Part shown: positions 26,612-36,401 of the stretch, piece by piece
Position numbering within the stretch: position 1 is the stretch's first letter
Layout of the letters: the number at the start of each line of letters is the position of its first letter
NCBI GenBank assembly: GCA_031372065.1
Contig: JANMKN010000273.1
Span: forward strand, 1-63,430
From: Abditibacteriaceae bacterium
GTDB taxonomy: Bacteria > Armatimonadota > Abditibacteriia > Abditibacteriales > Abditibacteriaceae
Direction of reading: 5' to 3'
DNA length: 63,430 bases
Translations under genes and position numbers: made by a program
Notes under the pieces: model-generated
Databases searched by the model: none
What the model saw: only the letters and a program-made list of their open reading frames with translations
What the model was told of the DNA's origin: nothing

Positions 26612-29344
26612 TCAGCTTTGCAGCGCCTTTTTGCGCAGTTCTTGCAATTTCACAATCGCTTCGAGCGGAGTGAGATTATCGGTGTCGAGTTTTTTCAATT
26701 CTTCGACGATGGGATTTGGCAGTGCTTCGTCAAACAGCGATGGCTTTTGTGAGGGCGAATTGATGGCTTGCGTTTCGACATCCTGACCACGCAAGCGTTC
26801 GCGGCTGAAAATATCGAGCAGTTCTTTGGCGCGCGCGATGACAGGCGCCGGAAGTCCGGCCAAGCGCGCCACTTGAATGCCGAACGAGCGGTCTGTGCCG
26901 CCGCGAATGATGCGCCGCAAAAAGATGATGTGGTCGCCGTCTTCTTTAACGGCGATGCGATAATTTTTGACGCGTGGCAAACGCTCTTCCAATTCGTTCA
27001 AGTGATGATAATGCGTGGCGAACAAGGTTTTGCAGCCGATTTCGTGCAAATGCTCGGCAACGGCCCACGCGATGGAAAGGCCGTCGTAAGTGGAGGTGCC
27101 GCGCCCGACTTCATCCAAAATCACCAAACTGCGCGGCCCGGCGTTATTGAGAATATTGGCGGTTTCGTTCATCTCCACTGTAAAAGTGCTTTGGCCGGTT
27201 GCCAGATCGTCTTGCGCGCCGACACGGGTAAAAATACGGTCAACAAGGCCAATTTTCGCGGCCCGCGCAGGCACGAAACTGCCCACTTGCGCCATCAAAA
27301 CAATTAAGGCAGTTTGCCGCAAATAAGTAGATTTTCCGCTGGCGTTCGGGCCGGTGATAATTAGCACTTGTTGCGACTGCGAGTCCATCACGTTGTCATT
27401 GGGCACGAACGGGTCGTTAATGGCCGCTTCGACAACCGGATGGCGCCCGCTGCGAATATCTAAAATGTCGTCTTCGACTAATTCAGGGCGGGCATAATCG
27501 CGGCGTGAAGCGACTTCGGCCAATGATGCGTAAACATCCAAATGCGCCAAGGCGCGGGCGGTATCCATCAGCGGCCCGGCCTGCGCCGCCACGACGTTGC
27601 GCACTTGCTCAAACAAAGTGCGTTCGCGTTCTTTGCTGCGCTCTTCGGCGCCAAGGATTAAGGCTTCTTTTTCTTTGAGTTCAGGCGTCACAAAACGCTC
27701 GGCGTTGGTTGTGGTTTGCTTGCGCGTGTAGTCGTCCGGCGCAGCGTGCAAATTGGCTTTTGTGATTTCGATGTAATAACCAAAAACCGAAGTGAAGCCG
27801 ACTTTCAAACTTTTAATGCCGGTGCGCAGACGTTCGCTTTCTTCGAGTTGCGCGATCCATGTTTTGCCCTCGCGCATCGCTTGGCGCATTTCATCCAACG
27901 GGGCGTCATAGCCGTCGCGGATTAAATTTCCGTCCGTTAAAATCGCGGGCGGTTCATCGTGCAAGGCGGCAACTAAATGTTCGACTAATTGCGGTGTCGG
28001 ATTTAAGTGTTCGCGCACGTTGGTGAGCGCAGCGGCTTTGACGTTTTGCAGTGCCAAATCTAAATTCGGCATTGTTTGCAACGCGTTGCGCAGCGCCACT
28101 AAATCGCGGGCGTTGCCCTGCCCGGTCACGGCGCGCGAAACAAGGCGTTCGATGTCGGCCATGCCTTTCAATAAATCTCGCACATCGCGGCGCAAAAGAA
28201 TGTTATCCAGCAGTTCGCCGACGGCATCCTGGCGGCGCGCGATGGTATCAATGGAAAGCAGCGGCTGCAAAATCCACTTGCGCAAAAGTCGCGCGCCCGA
28301 ACCGGTGCGCGTATCATCAAGCAGCGAAAATAAAGTGCCGCGCGAGGAGCCGTCGCGCAGCGATTGCACCAGTTCCAAATTGCGCCTCGTCGAGTTATCA
28401 AGCAGCATCCATTTGCCCGCCGACAGCACGCTGATGCGGCGAATATGTCCCAACGCGCCAAGTTGCGTTTCGCGCAAATAATCGAGCGCCAAAGCCGCCG
28501 CTTCCTGCGCTAAATTTAAATCTTCGAGGCCAAAACCACGCAGCGACGCGGTGCGAAAATGCGACAATAATTTTTCTTTGGGCGTGCCGAAACCCGACGC
28601 ATCAAACGAGGTGGCGCGCAATTGCAAAGCCTCCAACATCGGCAAAAAACCGGAGCATTCGCGCAGCTTTTGCGGCACTAAAATTTCCGCTGGCCCAAAG
28701 CGCAAAAGTTCCTCGCGCAAGGCGGCAAAGCGCTGAGAAAACGCTTCGGCAGCGGGCGGCGTTTGGTCGGCATCAGACGAGGAAACCAGCCCCGAAACGT
28801 GACCTTCCGGCTCACAGGCATCTTCTTGTTTTTTGCCTCCGACTGTTTCAATTTCACCCGCCAAAAACTCGCCGGTTGAAATATCCAAAAGCGCGATGCC
28901 AAAACGCGACAAGGTGTTGTCGCACGAGAGCGCCGCTAAATAATTGTTGGCTTGCCCGGCGCCGACGCTGGCTAAAAGTGCGTCTTCGATAACCGTTCCG
29001 GGCGTGAGAACGCGCACCACTTCGCGCTTGACGATGCCGCGCGCGTATTTGGGGTCTTCGACCTGATCGCACATGGCGAGGCGATAGCCTTTGCCGAGCA
29101 GAATAGCGATGTAACGCTCAATGGCATGATACGGCACACCGCACATTGGAATGGCATCGTCGCCGCGCTGCTTGTCGCGCGCGGTAAGCGTCAGTTCACA
29201 TTCGCGCGCCACGGTAATGGCATCATCGCCAAACATTTCGTAAAAATCGCCCATGCGAAACAGCAAAAGCACATCGGGATATTGGTCTTTAGCGCGCTGC
29301 CATTGGCGCATGACGGGAGTTAATTGAGAAGTCTTTTCAGCCAT
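26612..29344 (-). CDS. mutS: DNA mismatch repair protein MutS
   Basis: FRMGDFYEMF, GRHPVVE, ITGPNASGKSTYLRQ, DEVGRGTST, FATHYH. Confidence 0.98.
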   Translation of the reverse strand: MAEKTSQLTPVMRQWQRAKDQYPDVLLLFRMGDFYEMFGDDAITVARECELTLTARDKQRGDDAIPMCGVPYHAIERYIAILLGKGYRLAMCDQVEDPKYARGIVKREVVRVLTPGTVIEDALLASVGAGQANNYLAALSCDNTLSRFGIALLDISTGEFLAGEIETVGGKKQEDACEPEGHVSGLVSSSDADQTPPAAEAFSQRFAALREELLRFGPAEILVPQKLRECSGFLPMLEALQLRATSFDASGFGTPKEKLLSHFRTASLRGFGLEDLNLAQEAAALALDYLRETQLGALGHIRRISVLSAGKWMLLDNSTRRNLELVQSLRDGSSRGTLFSLLDDTRTGSGARLLRKWILQPLLSIDTIARRQDAVGELLDNILLRRDVRDLLKGMADIERLVSRAVTGQGNARDLVALRNALQTMPNLDLALQNVKAAALTNVREHLNPTPQLVEHLVAALHDEPPAILTDGNLIRDGYDAPLDEMRQAMREGKTWIAQLEESERLRTGIKSLKVGFTSVFGYYIEITKANLHAAPDDYTRKQTTTNAERFVTPELKEKEALILGAEERSKERERTLFEQVRNVVAAQAGPLMDTARALAHLDVYASLAEVASRRDYARPELVEDDILDIRSGRHPVVEAAINDPFVPNDNVMDSQSQQVLIITGPNASGKSTYLRQTALIVLMAQVGSFVPARAAKIGLVDRIFTRVGAQDDLATGQSTFTVEMNETANILNNAGPRSLVILDEVGRGTSTYDGLSIAWAVAEHLHEIGCKTLFATHYHHLNELEERLPRVKNYRIAVKEDGDHIIFLRRIIRGGTDRSFGIQVARLAGLPAPVIARAKELLDIFSRERLRGQDVETQAINSPSQKPSLFDEALPNPIVEELKKLDTDNLTPLEAIVKLQELRKKALQS

Positions 29345-29450
29345 AGAGAATCGGGTTTCAAGCGAAAATTGCTCTTCCTTAGGATAGCACCTTTCGCACG
29401 AAAATCGCGTAAAATGGAATTATCAAATTCGCTGCAACAGGAACCAATTT

Positions 29451-29765
29451 ATGATTCGCAAAGCCTTTGTGATGTCGGTCAACGCCGGAAGTGAAGAAGA
29501 ATACGAACAGCGCCATCGCCCCATTTGGCCCGAACTCGAAGCGGTTTTAAAAGAACACGGCGTTGATAATTACTCGATTTTCCTGAACGCCGAATCGCGC
29601 CAGCTTTTTGCGTATGTCGAAATCGAAGACGAAACGCGTTGGAACGCGATTGCGCAAACTGCCGTGTGCCGCAAATGGTGGGCACACATGAAGGACATCA
29701 TGCCCAGCAACGAAGACAACAGCCCGATTTCCGCTGAACTGCGCGAAGTGTTTCACATTGATTAA
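29451..29765 (+). CDS. rhaM: L-rhamnose mutarotase
   Basis: [37 protein letters not shown]. Confidence 0.93.
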   Translation: MIRKAFVMSVNAGSEEEYEQRHRPIWPELEAVLKEHGVDNYSIFLNAESRQLFAYVEIEDETRWNAIAQTAVCRKWWAHMKDIMPSNEDNSPISAELREVFHID

Positions 29766-29783
29766 GCTGCTAAAGGAATCATC

Positions 29784-30452
29784 ATGCAAAATCCCAACGG
29801 CCCGTTTCAAGACCTGCGAAATAATCCTGCTGGACAGCCCGTGGCGCGTATGGCGCCTGCCGAGGACAATCGCTTTCGCTACCCGACTTACACCATCCGC
29901 CGCAAGTTTATGAAGTTGGTGGGCGGCGCCTTTTATGTGGACGATCCATCGGGCACCGTCGTGCTTTTCGCCAACCAAAAAGGCTTCAAACTCAAAGAAG
30001 ATATTCGCCTTTATACCGGCGAAGACATGACGCGCGAACTGATAACCATCAAGGCGCGCAGCATCTTGGATTTGGGCGCGACTTATGATGTGTGGGATGC
30101 GCCAACCAACCAGAAAATCGGTGCCCTGCGGCGTGGTGGGTTAAAGTCCACTTTTATCAAAGATGAGTGGAAAATTTTGGATGCGCAAGACCGCGAAATC
30201 GGCAAAATCGAGGAAGAAAGCCTCGCTTTAGCGCTCATTCGGCGATTTATTGACTACACTACGCTGTTTTTGCCGCAAAAATACAGTGGCGAGATTGGCG
30301 GAAGGCCGGTTTTGCAGTTCAAACAATCGAAAAACCCGCTGTGGATCAAAATCGCCGCCGATTTTTCGATGGACACCGGCAACATTTTAGATCGCCGCCT
30401 CGGCATCGCCGCCGCAATTTTGTTCAGCGCCATTGAAGGCAAGCAAGCGTAA
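29784..30452 (+). CDS. LURP-one/scramblase-like protein
   Basis: QKGFKLKEDIRLY, ARSILDLGATYDV, LDRRLGIAAAIL. Confidence 0.75.
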   Translation: MQNPNGPFQDLRNNPAGQPVARMAPAEDNRFRYPTYTIRRKFMKLVGGAFYVDDPSGTVVLFANQKGFKLKEDIRLYTGEDMTRELITIKARSILDLGATYDVWDAPTNQKIGALRRGGLKSTFIKDEWKILDAQDREIGKIEEESLALALIRRFIDYTTLFLPQKYSGEIGGRPVLQFKQSKNPLWIKIAADFSMDTGNILDRRLGIAAAILFSAIEGKQA

Positions 30453-30456
30453 CGTC

Positions 30457-30568
30457 AGTTTTGAATTTTGAGTTAGGAGTTTTGAGTTAAATTAGTGGCG
30501 CTACACGCGTAACAAACAGCATAAGCGCGAAGCGCACAAGGTCAACTCCTAACTCAAAACTCCTAACT
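30457..30568. repeat. Inverted heptamer repeat cluster between convergent genes
   Basis: AGTTTTG AATTTTG AGTTAGG AGTTTTG ... AACTCCT AACTCAA AACTCCT. Confidence 0.65.
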
Positions 30569-30889
30569 GCCGTTTACCGGGTAGCAAATCAGTTCGATCA
30601 CGTTACCCTGCTCGTCTTCGATGTAAATGCCGGTTGTGCCGTCGCGGTGGTGATCTATCGGTTTTCCGGCGCGCTTTGCGGCGGCGGCCAATTCATCTTC
30701 GTCCACACGCAAGGCAACGTGTGGCGGATGCTGTTCGGGCGTGACTAAGGCTAATTTTCCTTGTCCCAAGCGCAAAAAGGCCCATGTTGCGTCCTGATAC
30801 AAAATTTCGGCGCCGAAAGTCTCGACATAAAAGCGCACGCTGCCTGCAATATCGCGCGTCGGAATGGCGACGTGATCCATTTCAAACAT
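30563..30889 (-). CDS. VOC/glyoxalase family protein
   Basis: DHVAI..SVRFY..FG, HVAL, YIEDEQGNVIEL. Confidence 0.9.
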   Translation of the reverse strand: MFEMDHVAIPTRDIAGSVRFYVETFGAEILYQDATWAFLRLGQGKLALVTPEQHPPHVALRVDEDELAAAAKRAGKPIDHHRDGTTGIYIEDEQGNVIELICYPVNGS

Positions 30890-30935
30890 AATTCTTCTTT
30901 CCCCAGCGCTCCTATTGTAGACCTATTGCCTTGGC

Positions 30936-31856
30936 TCAACGCAATATTGCACTGAGAACAAGGTCTGAGAGCGGCTGATTGTAGGACAGCCTTTTTTCCA
31001 ACGCTGCATAGGCCCAATCAGCGGCGTGATGCACCAGAGGATCAGCGTCTTGCGCCGCTTTCCATAACGGTTCAAGGGCGCGCTTATCGCCCAGCCACAT
31101 CAAACTTAGCGCCGCCGCAAGGCGTGCTATCGGCGCCTCGTCGCGCAGGTGAGGCGCGAGTTCGTCGAACGTTTTGCCGCGCACATTGGCCCACACCCGC
31201 AAGACATGAGTGGCCGAGCAGAACAAATCAAAATCTTTTTCAAACGGGCTATCGCCGTGAAACACCTGCACCAAAAACTCAATGGAGCGCGCATCGCGTA
31301 TTCGGCCCAACGACTGAATGGCGGCACTGCCAACCATCGGCACCGGATCGCGCATCAGGAACAGCAACGCCTCAAACGATTCTTCACTGGCTTCGCAGCG
31401 CCCCAGTGCTTCTGCTACAAAATGGCGCACTACGACTTCCTCATCCCACGCTGCGGAGATTATGGCCGAACGCGCCGCCTCGCCACCAATGATGCCTAAA
31501 AAATGCACCATGATGCTGCGCGTGCCGTAAGGCAGCGATTTATCGTGTAGGCGCGCTTTGAGGGCGGGCACAGCCGCTTCGCCAAATTTTGGAATCTGAT
31601 TCGCCGCGTGCTTAACGCAACCGGCTTGCAGCAACGGTTCGATAGCGCGCGGGTCACGGATATTGCCAAGTGCCACCGCCGCGCGTGATTTAACGGTTTC
31701 GGTGCGATCTTTTTGCAACAGTTCGAGCAGAAAATCTACGGAAGGGCGGTGTTTTTTCTGGCCCAAGACGCGGGCAGCTTCGGCGCGCACTTTCCAGTCC
31801 GGCGACTTCAAATCGGCCATCAAGGCTTCAAAATCAGGCGGAGGCTTGCGGGGCAT
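30936..31856 (-). CDS. HEAT/PBS-lyase repeat protein
   Basis: Repeated VR..AA.ALG.I.D.RA.EPL units. Confidence 0.9.
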   Translation of the reverse strand: MPRKPPPDFEALMADLKSPDWKVRAEAARVLGQKKHRPSVDFLLELLQKDRTETVKSRAAVALGNIRDPRAIEPLLQAGCVKHAANQIPKFGEAAVPALKARLHDKSLPYGTRSIMVHFLGIIGGEAARSAIISAAWDEEVVVRHFVAEALGRCEASEESFEALLFLMRDPVPMVGSAAIQSLGRIRDARSIEFLVQVFHGDSPFEKDFDLFCSATHVLRVWANVRGKTFDELAPHLRDEAPIARLAAALSLMWLGDKRALEPLWKAAQDADPLVHHAADWAYAALEKRLSYNQPLSDLVLSAILR

Positions 31857-31873
31857 GGGAATTACGAAACGTT

Positions 31874-34345
31874 TTACTTGGCGGCCAAAAAGACCATTGT
31901 TAGATCATCGGATTGCGGCGCGCCGGCAACGTGGTCTTCAACGGCGCGCTCCATCGAGAGCAAATCTTCCGGTTCAACGGGCGCAAGAGCGGGGCCGCAA
32001 GGCGACTCTTCAACGCGTTGCAATTTATCGGTAGCTAAAGCCGGGGTTTGTCCGGAGGAAACGGCAACCGGGTGCGCGTTAGCGGTTTGCGTTGGTGTAA
32101 CTTTCACGAGTTTGCCCGTTAACACTTGCGTGTGGCTCATAACGCCCAATATGCGCTGCATCCCGAATTCTTCGCCGTTGGAATTCATAGCTTCGGTCAG
32201 GCCATCGGTGAACAACAAAATGCGATCACCCGATTGCAAAGTGACTGTCTCAACTTCCAGCAATTGATCGAAGTCCGGCGAGCCGAGAACGCCAAGCGCA
32301 AAACCGGCGGGCGCGATAACATCGGTGGAATCGTCGGGATGAGCCACAATCAACGGCTCGTGCCCGGCGCGCGCCCAAGTGAAGCGGCGCGTGGAGACTT
32401 CCAAAATGCCATAAATGCAGGTGATAAACATTTCCTGCGGCAAATCTTTGCCGATGAATTCGTTGACGTTTTGCAGCACTTCTTTGACATCGAGATTATG
32501 CCGTGCCTGCATTCGAAACGCGCTGCGCATCATAGCGACAACCAGCGCCGCATGGACGCCTTTGCCCGAAACATCGGCGATGACAATGCCCAGATGATCG
32601 TCGTCCACTTCAAAAAAGTCATAATAATCGCCGCCCACTTCGGTGGCGGCGGCGCCATAAGCGCCAATTTCGAAACCGGGAATAATCGGGCAATGATCGG
32701 GCAAAAGGCGCTGCTGAATTTCGTGGGCGATTTTCAATTCACGCTGCAAACGTTCTTGCGCGCGCACTTCGGAAATCAGGCGAACATGATTAATGACCAG
32801 CGCGCCTTGATCGGCTAAAGCCTGCAAAAGCGATTGGTCTTCGTTGTTGAAACTGCCGCGTTGTTTTTGCAAAACCGCGATAACAGCTTGCGGCTCATCG
32901 CGCACGCGCAGCGGCGCTACCATCATGGAATAATCGCGAAAATACTGCGTGGTTTTGCCTTGCACGATGCCTTCGGCGCGCACATCGGTTACAAGGCGCG
33001 CTTTGCCGCTTTGCGCCACTTCGCCGATGATGCCTTCGCCCATCGCAAACGTTTGTTGCAGCGATTGCGCTTGCAAAATTTCCGTCGCGCCGCTTTGATG
33101 CTCGGCGTAGGCAGCCGAGGTATCGGTATAAAGCGGCGGGAAAAAATGCCGCATGGTCGGCGGGCCGAGTCGCTTGGTTTCTGGCTGATAAAGATAAATG
33201 GCCGCCGCGTGCGCTTCGGTGGTTTCCAGTGCCGAAGAAAGAATCAAATCTAAAACCGTATTCAGTTCGGGCGCGGTGGAAAAAGCCGAGCCGATGCGCT
33301 GCAAAAACTGAATAATCACCTGCCGTTCGCGGCCCAGACGATGACGCGAACGCTCCATCATTTCGTATTCGGCCAAAACGTGTCGGGCAATCAAAACCAC
33401 GAACAAAATCAGGCTAACGGCCTGCCCCGAAATCAAGGCCGCCGGATTGCCAAAGAAACTGCCAAACAAACTTTCATCGCGCGCGGGCAAGCGGCTCACC
33501 AAAGCGCCACCAAGCCAAAAAACAAAGGCCGCCACCAAAAGCGAACGGCGGAAAGAGGCATCAGCGCGTTCGGCGCGCGATTGACGGACGAGCGCCACTA
33601 ATAACCCCAGCAGCAGCACGGTTCGCATTACATCGGTGATCTGCCGAGTAAGAAGCGCTACGGGAATCCACGATTTGAGACTTTCGCTCATGCCCCGCGC
33701 GATTTCGGCAGGTGTCATTTCACTCAAGGCGCGTCCGGCTTCGGCTACAGCATTGCTGTTGTGTGTCGCTGTAAAAAACGTGACCGAATGCCCGCCCCAG
33801 AACCCGTAAATGCGCGCCATCAGAATGGCAACAACCACAGTCCACAGCGTCACTAAAGCGATGGAAATCGCATCCAGCGCAGACCGCCGCTCGGCGCGCA
33901 AATCGTAGAGCAAACCGATACCGAGCAAAATCAAAGCTAAAACTTCGCTCAAATTCCACCAAATTTGCACGCGCATCGCTTGCAACAGCGCGCCTGACTG
34001 CATGGCCTCGCTTGGCAGTTTCGTGCTTTGCGTGCGCCACCATTCGAGATACGAACCATACAAATTCGGTTCACTGATGACCGCGAACAAATTGGTTTCT
34101 AAAAAGTGATGCAGCGTAAGGAGGATAAACGCCAGCAACAAACGCGTGTAAAGTGCGCGGCGGCGACGGGCAGACGAAAAATAGCTTTGGCCGGGTTTTT
34201 CTTCGGTGAAGACCAGATACAACAGTTCGCGACGACGCGCGGCGCTCCAATCGAAATAAACCAACAGCAACCCCGCCACAACCATGAGCAGGTTGAGGAT
34301 GCTGATGCCAACCACAAAATAGGAAAACGGAAAGGGATTATTCAT
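31874..34345 (-). CDS. Membrane GAF + SpoIIE (RsbU-like PP2C) serine phosphatase
   Basis: N-terminal TM helices, GAF domain, EVGGDYYD, DVSGKG, RAGHEP, LFTDGLTE, QSDDLT. Confidence 0.92.
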   Translation of the reverse strand: MNNPFPFSYFVVGISILNLLMVVAGLLLVYFDWSAARRRELLYLVFTEEKPGQSYFSSARRRRALYTRLLLAFILLTLHHFLETNLFAVISEPNLYGSYLEWWRTQSTKLPSEAMQSGALLQAMRVQIWWNLSEVLALILLGIGLLYDLRAERRSALDAISIALVTLWTVVVAILMARIYGFWGGHSVTFFTATHNSNAVAEAGRALSEMTPAEIARGMSESLKSWIPVALLTRQITDVMRTVLLLGLLVALVRQSRAERADASFRRSLLVAAFVFWLGGALVSRLPARDESLFGSFFGNPAALISGQAVSLILFVVLIARHVLAEYEMMERSRHRLGRERQVIIQFLQRIGSAFSTAPELNTVLDLILSSALETTEAHAAAIYLYQPETKRLGPPTMRHFFPPLYTDTSAAYAEHQSGATEILQAQSLQQTFAMGEGIIGEVAQSGKARLVTDVRAEGIVQGKTTQYFRDYSMMVAPLRVRDEPQAVIAVLQKQRGSFNNEDQSLLQALADQGALVINHVRLISEVRAQERLQRELKIAHEIQQRLLPDHCPIIPGFEIGAYGAAATEVGGDYYDFFEVDDDHLGIVIADVSGKGVHAALVVAMMRSAFRMQARHNLDVKEVLQNVNEFIGKDLPQEMFITCIYGILEVSTRRFTWARAGHEPLIVAHPDDSTDVIAPAGFALGVLGSPDFDQLLEVETVTLQSGDRILLFTDGLTEAMNSNGEEFGMQRILGVMSHTQVLTGKLVKVTPTQTANAHPVAVSSGQTPALATDKLQRVEESPCGPALAPVEPEDLLSMERAVEDHVAGAPQSDDLTMVFLAAK

Positions 34346-34698
34346 AGCAGGATAGCCATCAGGATAGCCGTGCCGCCCTGCTCACTCCACCAATTTCAGA
34401 AGGGACGCTTTTGCCAGCGCAAGACTAAGTGTAGTAAAAGCCTGTCGCCCTGACGCGTCGCCCTTTCTTATGGGTCAATCTTTCTCTGGAACTATCGGCA
34501 CATTATAGCAAGGATTACATCAAACTACACCTACAACCGAGGACGTTGCCAGAGCCATCGCCTGAAGAATTTTTATCGTCAAACGGGGATTCTCAGGCGA
34601 TGAAAATTCTCATCCAATAGCCTTGGCCGCCTCTCTCCGCACGCGTTGAGGCCTCATTTTTCAGGGAGTTTTAAAGGCGGTGAGGCGAAAAAGGCGCG

Positions 34699-34792
34699 TT
34701 GGAAGGCTCGCGTGGGACTCACGCGAGCCTCCAAAGCACGTCGGAAGCCTCGCGTGAGCGTCACGCGAGCCTCCAAAGCACGTCGGAAGCCT
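34699..34792. repeat. Two tandem 42-bp REP-like hairpin units
   Basis: TCACGCGAGCCTCCAAAGCACGTCGGAAGCCT at 34719 and 34761. Each unit folds through CTCGCGTG/CACGCGAG. Confidence 0.75.
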
Positions 34793-34896
34793 TAAAAAGG
34801 CCCAAAATGCCACTTTTGAGCTTATTTTGGCTCTCCGAAGGGCGCTTTTCGCTGCCGTTAGGCCGCAAAGTGTGTAGGAAGGACGCCGAGGCAATC

Positions 34897-35406
34897 ATGC
34901 TGGAATTACACGAAAACGAACAGTATTTTTTCGCACCGCCGACCATTGCTCGTCTGGCCGATTTCGCGGCGCAATTTCCACGTCCTTGTTGCCTTTGCGC
35001 GCCTTTAATCGGCGCCGAACTGGAAAAACGCGGCGTAGATTGCCTCACGCTCGATTGCGACGAGCGTTTTGCGCACTTGAAAAGTTTTCGACGCTACGAT
35101 TTATTTCGCCCGCAATGGCTCGGCGAAGAATTGGGCCTGATTTTATGTGATCCGCCGTTTTTCAAAGCCTCGCTTTCGCAGTTATTTCAGGCGATTCGCG
35201 TTTTGAGCCGCTACGATTTTAAGCAGCCGCTTTTGCTGTGTTATCTCACGCGGCGCGCCGAAAACCTGCGCGGCGCCTTTGCGCCGTTCGGATTGGAAGC
35301 GACAGGCTATTATCCGACTTACCAAACGGTGCGCAACCTCGAACGCAATGAAATCGAATTCTTTGGCAATTTGGGCAAAGAATCGCATCAACAATTGCGC
35401 GCGTAA
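34897..35406 (+). CDS. N6-adenine methyltransferase-like protein (ZCCHC4/EEF1AKMT1-like)
   Basis: QYFF, CLCAP, LDCDERF, YDLF, CDPPF motif order. GAGG RBS. Confidence 0.7.
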   Translation: MLELHENEQYFFAPPTIARLADFAAQFPRPCCLCAPLIGAELEKRGVDCLTLDCDERFAHLKSFRRYDLFRPQWLGEELGLILCDPPFFKASLSQLFQAIRVLSRYDFKQPLLLCYLTRRAENLRGAFAPFGLEATGYYPTYQTVRNLERNEIEFFGNLGKESHQQLRA

Positions 35407-35456
35407 TTCACTTTTCCCTGTTGGAATCGTGGCGCCTTTGTGGTTAATTTAAAGAC

Positions 35457-36338
35457 ATGAAAGTCAAACTTGGATGTCAACCTCTGACGTGGAAAAGCGG
35501 ATTTGAAACGGCGGCGCAGGAAATCGCGGCCATTGGCTATAGCGGCACCGAAGCGCCTGTCGGCGGCTATTTAGATCGTTTAGACGAGCTAAAAAAGCTG
35601 CTCGCCGACAACAATTTGCAATGCTCTTCGACTTACTGCGGCGGCGCGTTTGAAAATGCCGAAGAACTGCCGAAAATCACCGAACGCATCGTCAAAATTG
35701 CCGCCGCTTTGCCCGAACTCGGCTGTGACCGCCTCATTTTGGCGGCGGGCGGGCGCGGAACGCATCCTTTGGACGAAAACGGTGACATTCGCGCCGATAT
35801 TTTGCAGCGTTTCGCCGACGGCGCCAACGAATGCGCGCGGCAATGCTTTGAAAAATACGGCGTAAAATCGGTGCTGCACAATCACGCGTGGACTCTTATC
35901 GAATCGCCGCGCGAAGTGGACGCCTTCATGGAAATGACCGACCCGAATTTCGTTTTGGCAGGCTTCGATACCGCCCAACTCGCCTACGGCGGTTATGAAC
36001 CGGCAGACGCCTTTGCCAAGTGGAAATCGCGCATCGGTTATGTGCATATTAAGGACAACCATCCGCTGCTCCCCACCGCGATGCCGGTCAAAGAAAAAAA
36101 CGCCATCCGCGATTCGCACAAAGACGCGACGCCGAAATTCCACGTTTTCGCCGGTCTTGGTCAAGGCGCGATGGGCGACGCTGGCTTGGATGCCGTGTTA
36201 GAAGTGCTGCGCGCCATTGATTATCAAGGCTGGATTGTCGGCGAACTGGATTCCACCGACAAAACGCCGCGCGAAGGCAATCAGGAAAACTTCGATTGGC
36301 TGCAAGCTCATTTGCAAGCGAATGAGCTTATAAAATAA
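35457..36338 (+). CDS. Sugar phosphate isomerase/epimerase (IolE-like TIM barrel)
   Basis: LHNH..IES..EVD, FDTAQ, YVHIKD, YQGWIVGELD. Confidence 0.88.
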   Translation: MKVKLGCQPLTWKSGFETAAQEIAAIGYSGTEAPVGGYLDRLDELKKLLADNNLQCSSTYCGGAFENAEELPKITERIVKIAAALPELGCDRLILAAGGRGTHPLDENGDIRADILQRFADGANECARQCFEKYGVKSVLHNHAWTLIESPREVDAFMEMTDPNFVLAGFDTAQLAYGGYEPADAFAKWKSRIGYVHIKDNHPLLPTAMPVKEKNAIRDSHKDATPKFHVFAGLGQGAMGDAGLDAVLEVLRAIDYQGWIVGELDSTDKTPREGNQENFDWLQAHLQANELIK

Positions 36339-36351
36339 CGCGCTTTGTCCA

Positions 36352-36392
36352 GCAAAAAGGCCCGCGAAGAAAATCCTCGTGGGCCTTTTTGC
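36352..36392. terminator. Bidirectional rho-independent terminator
   Basis: AAAAAGGCCC..GGGCCTTTTT between convergent genes. Confidence 0.8.
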
Positions 36393-36401
36393 ATACGTAA
36401 T

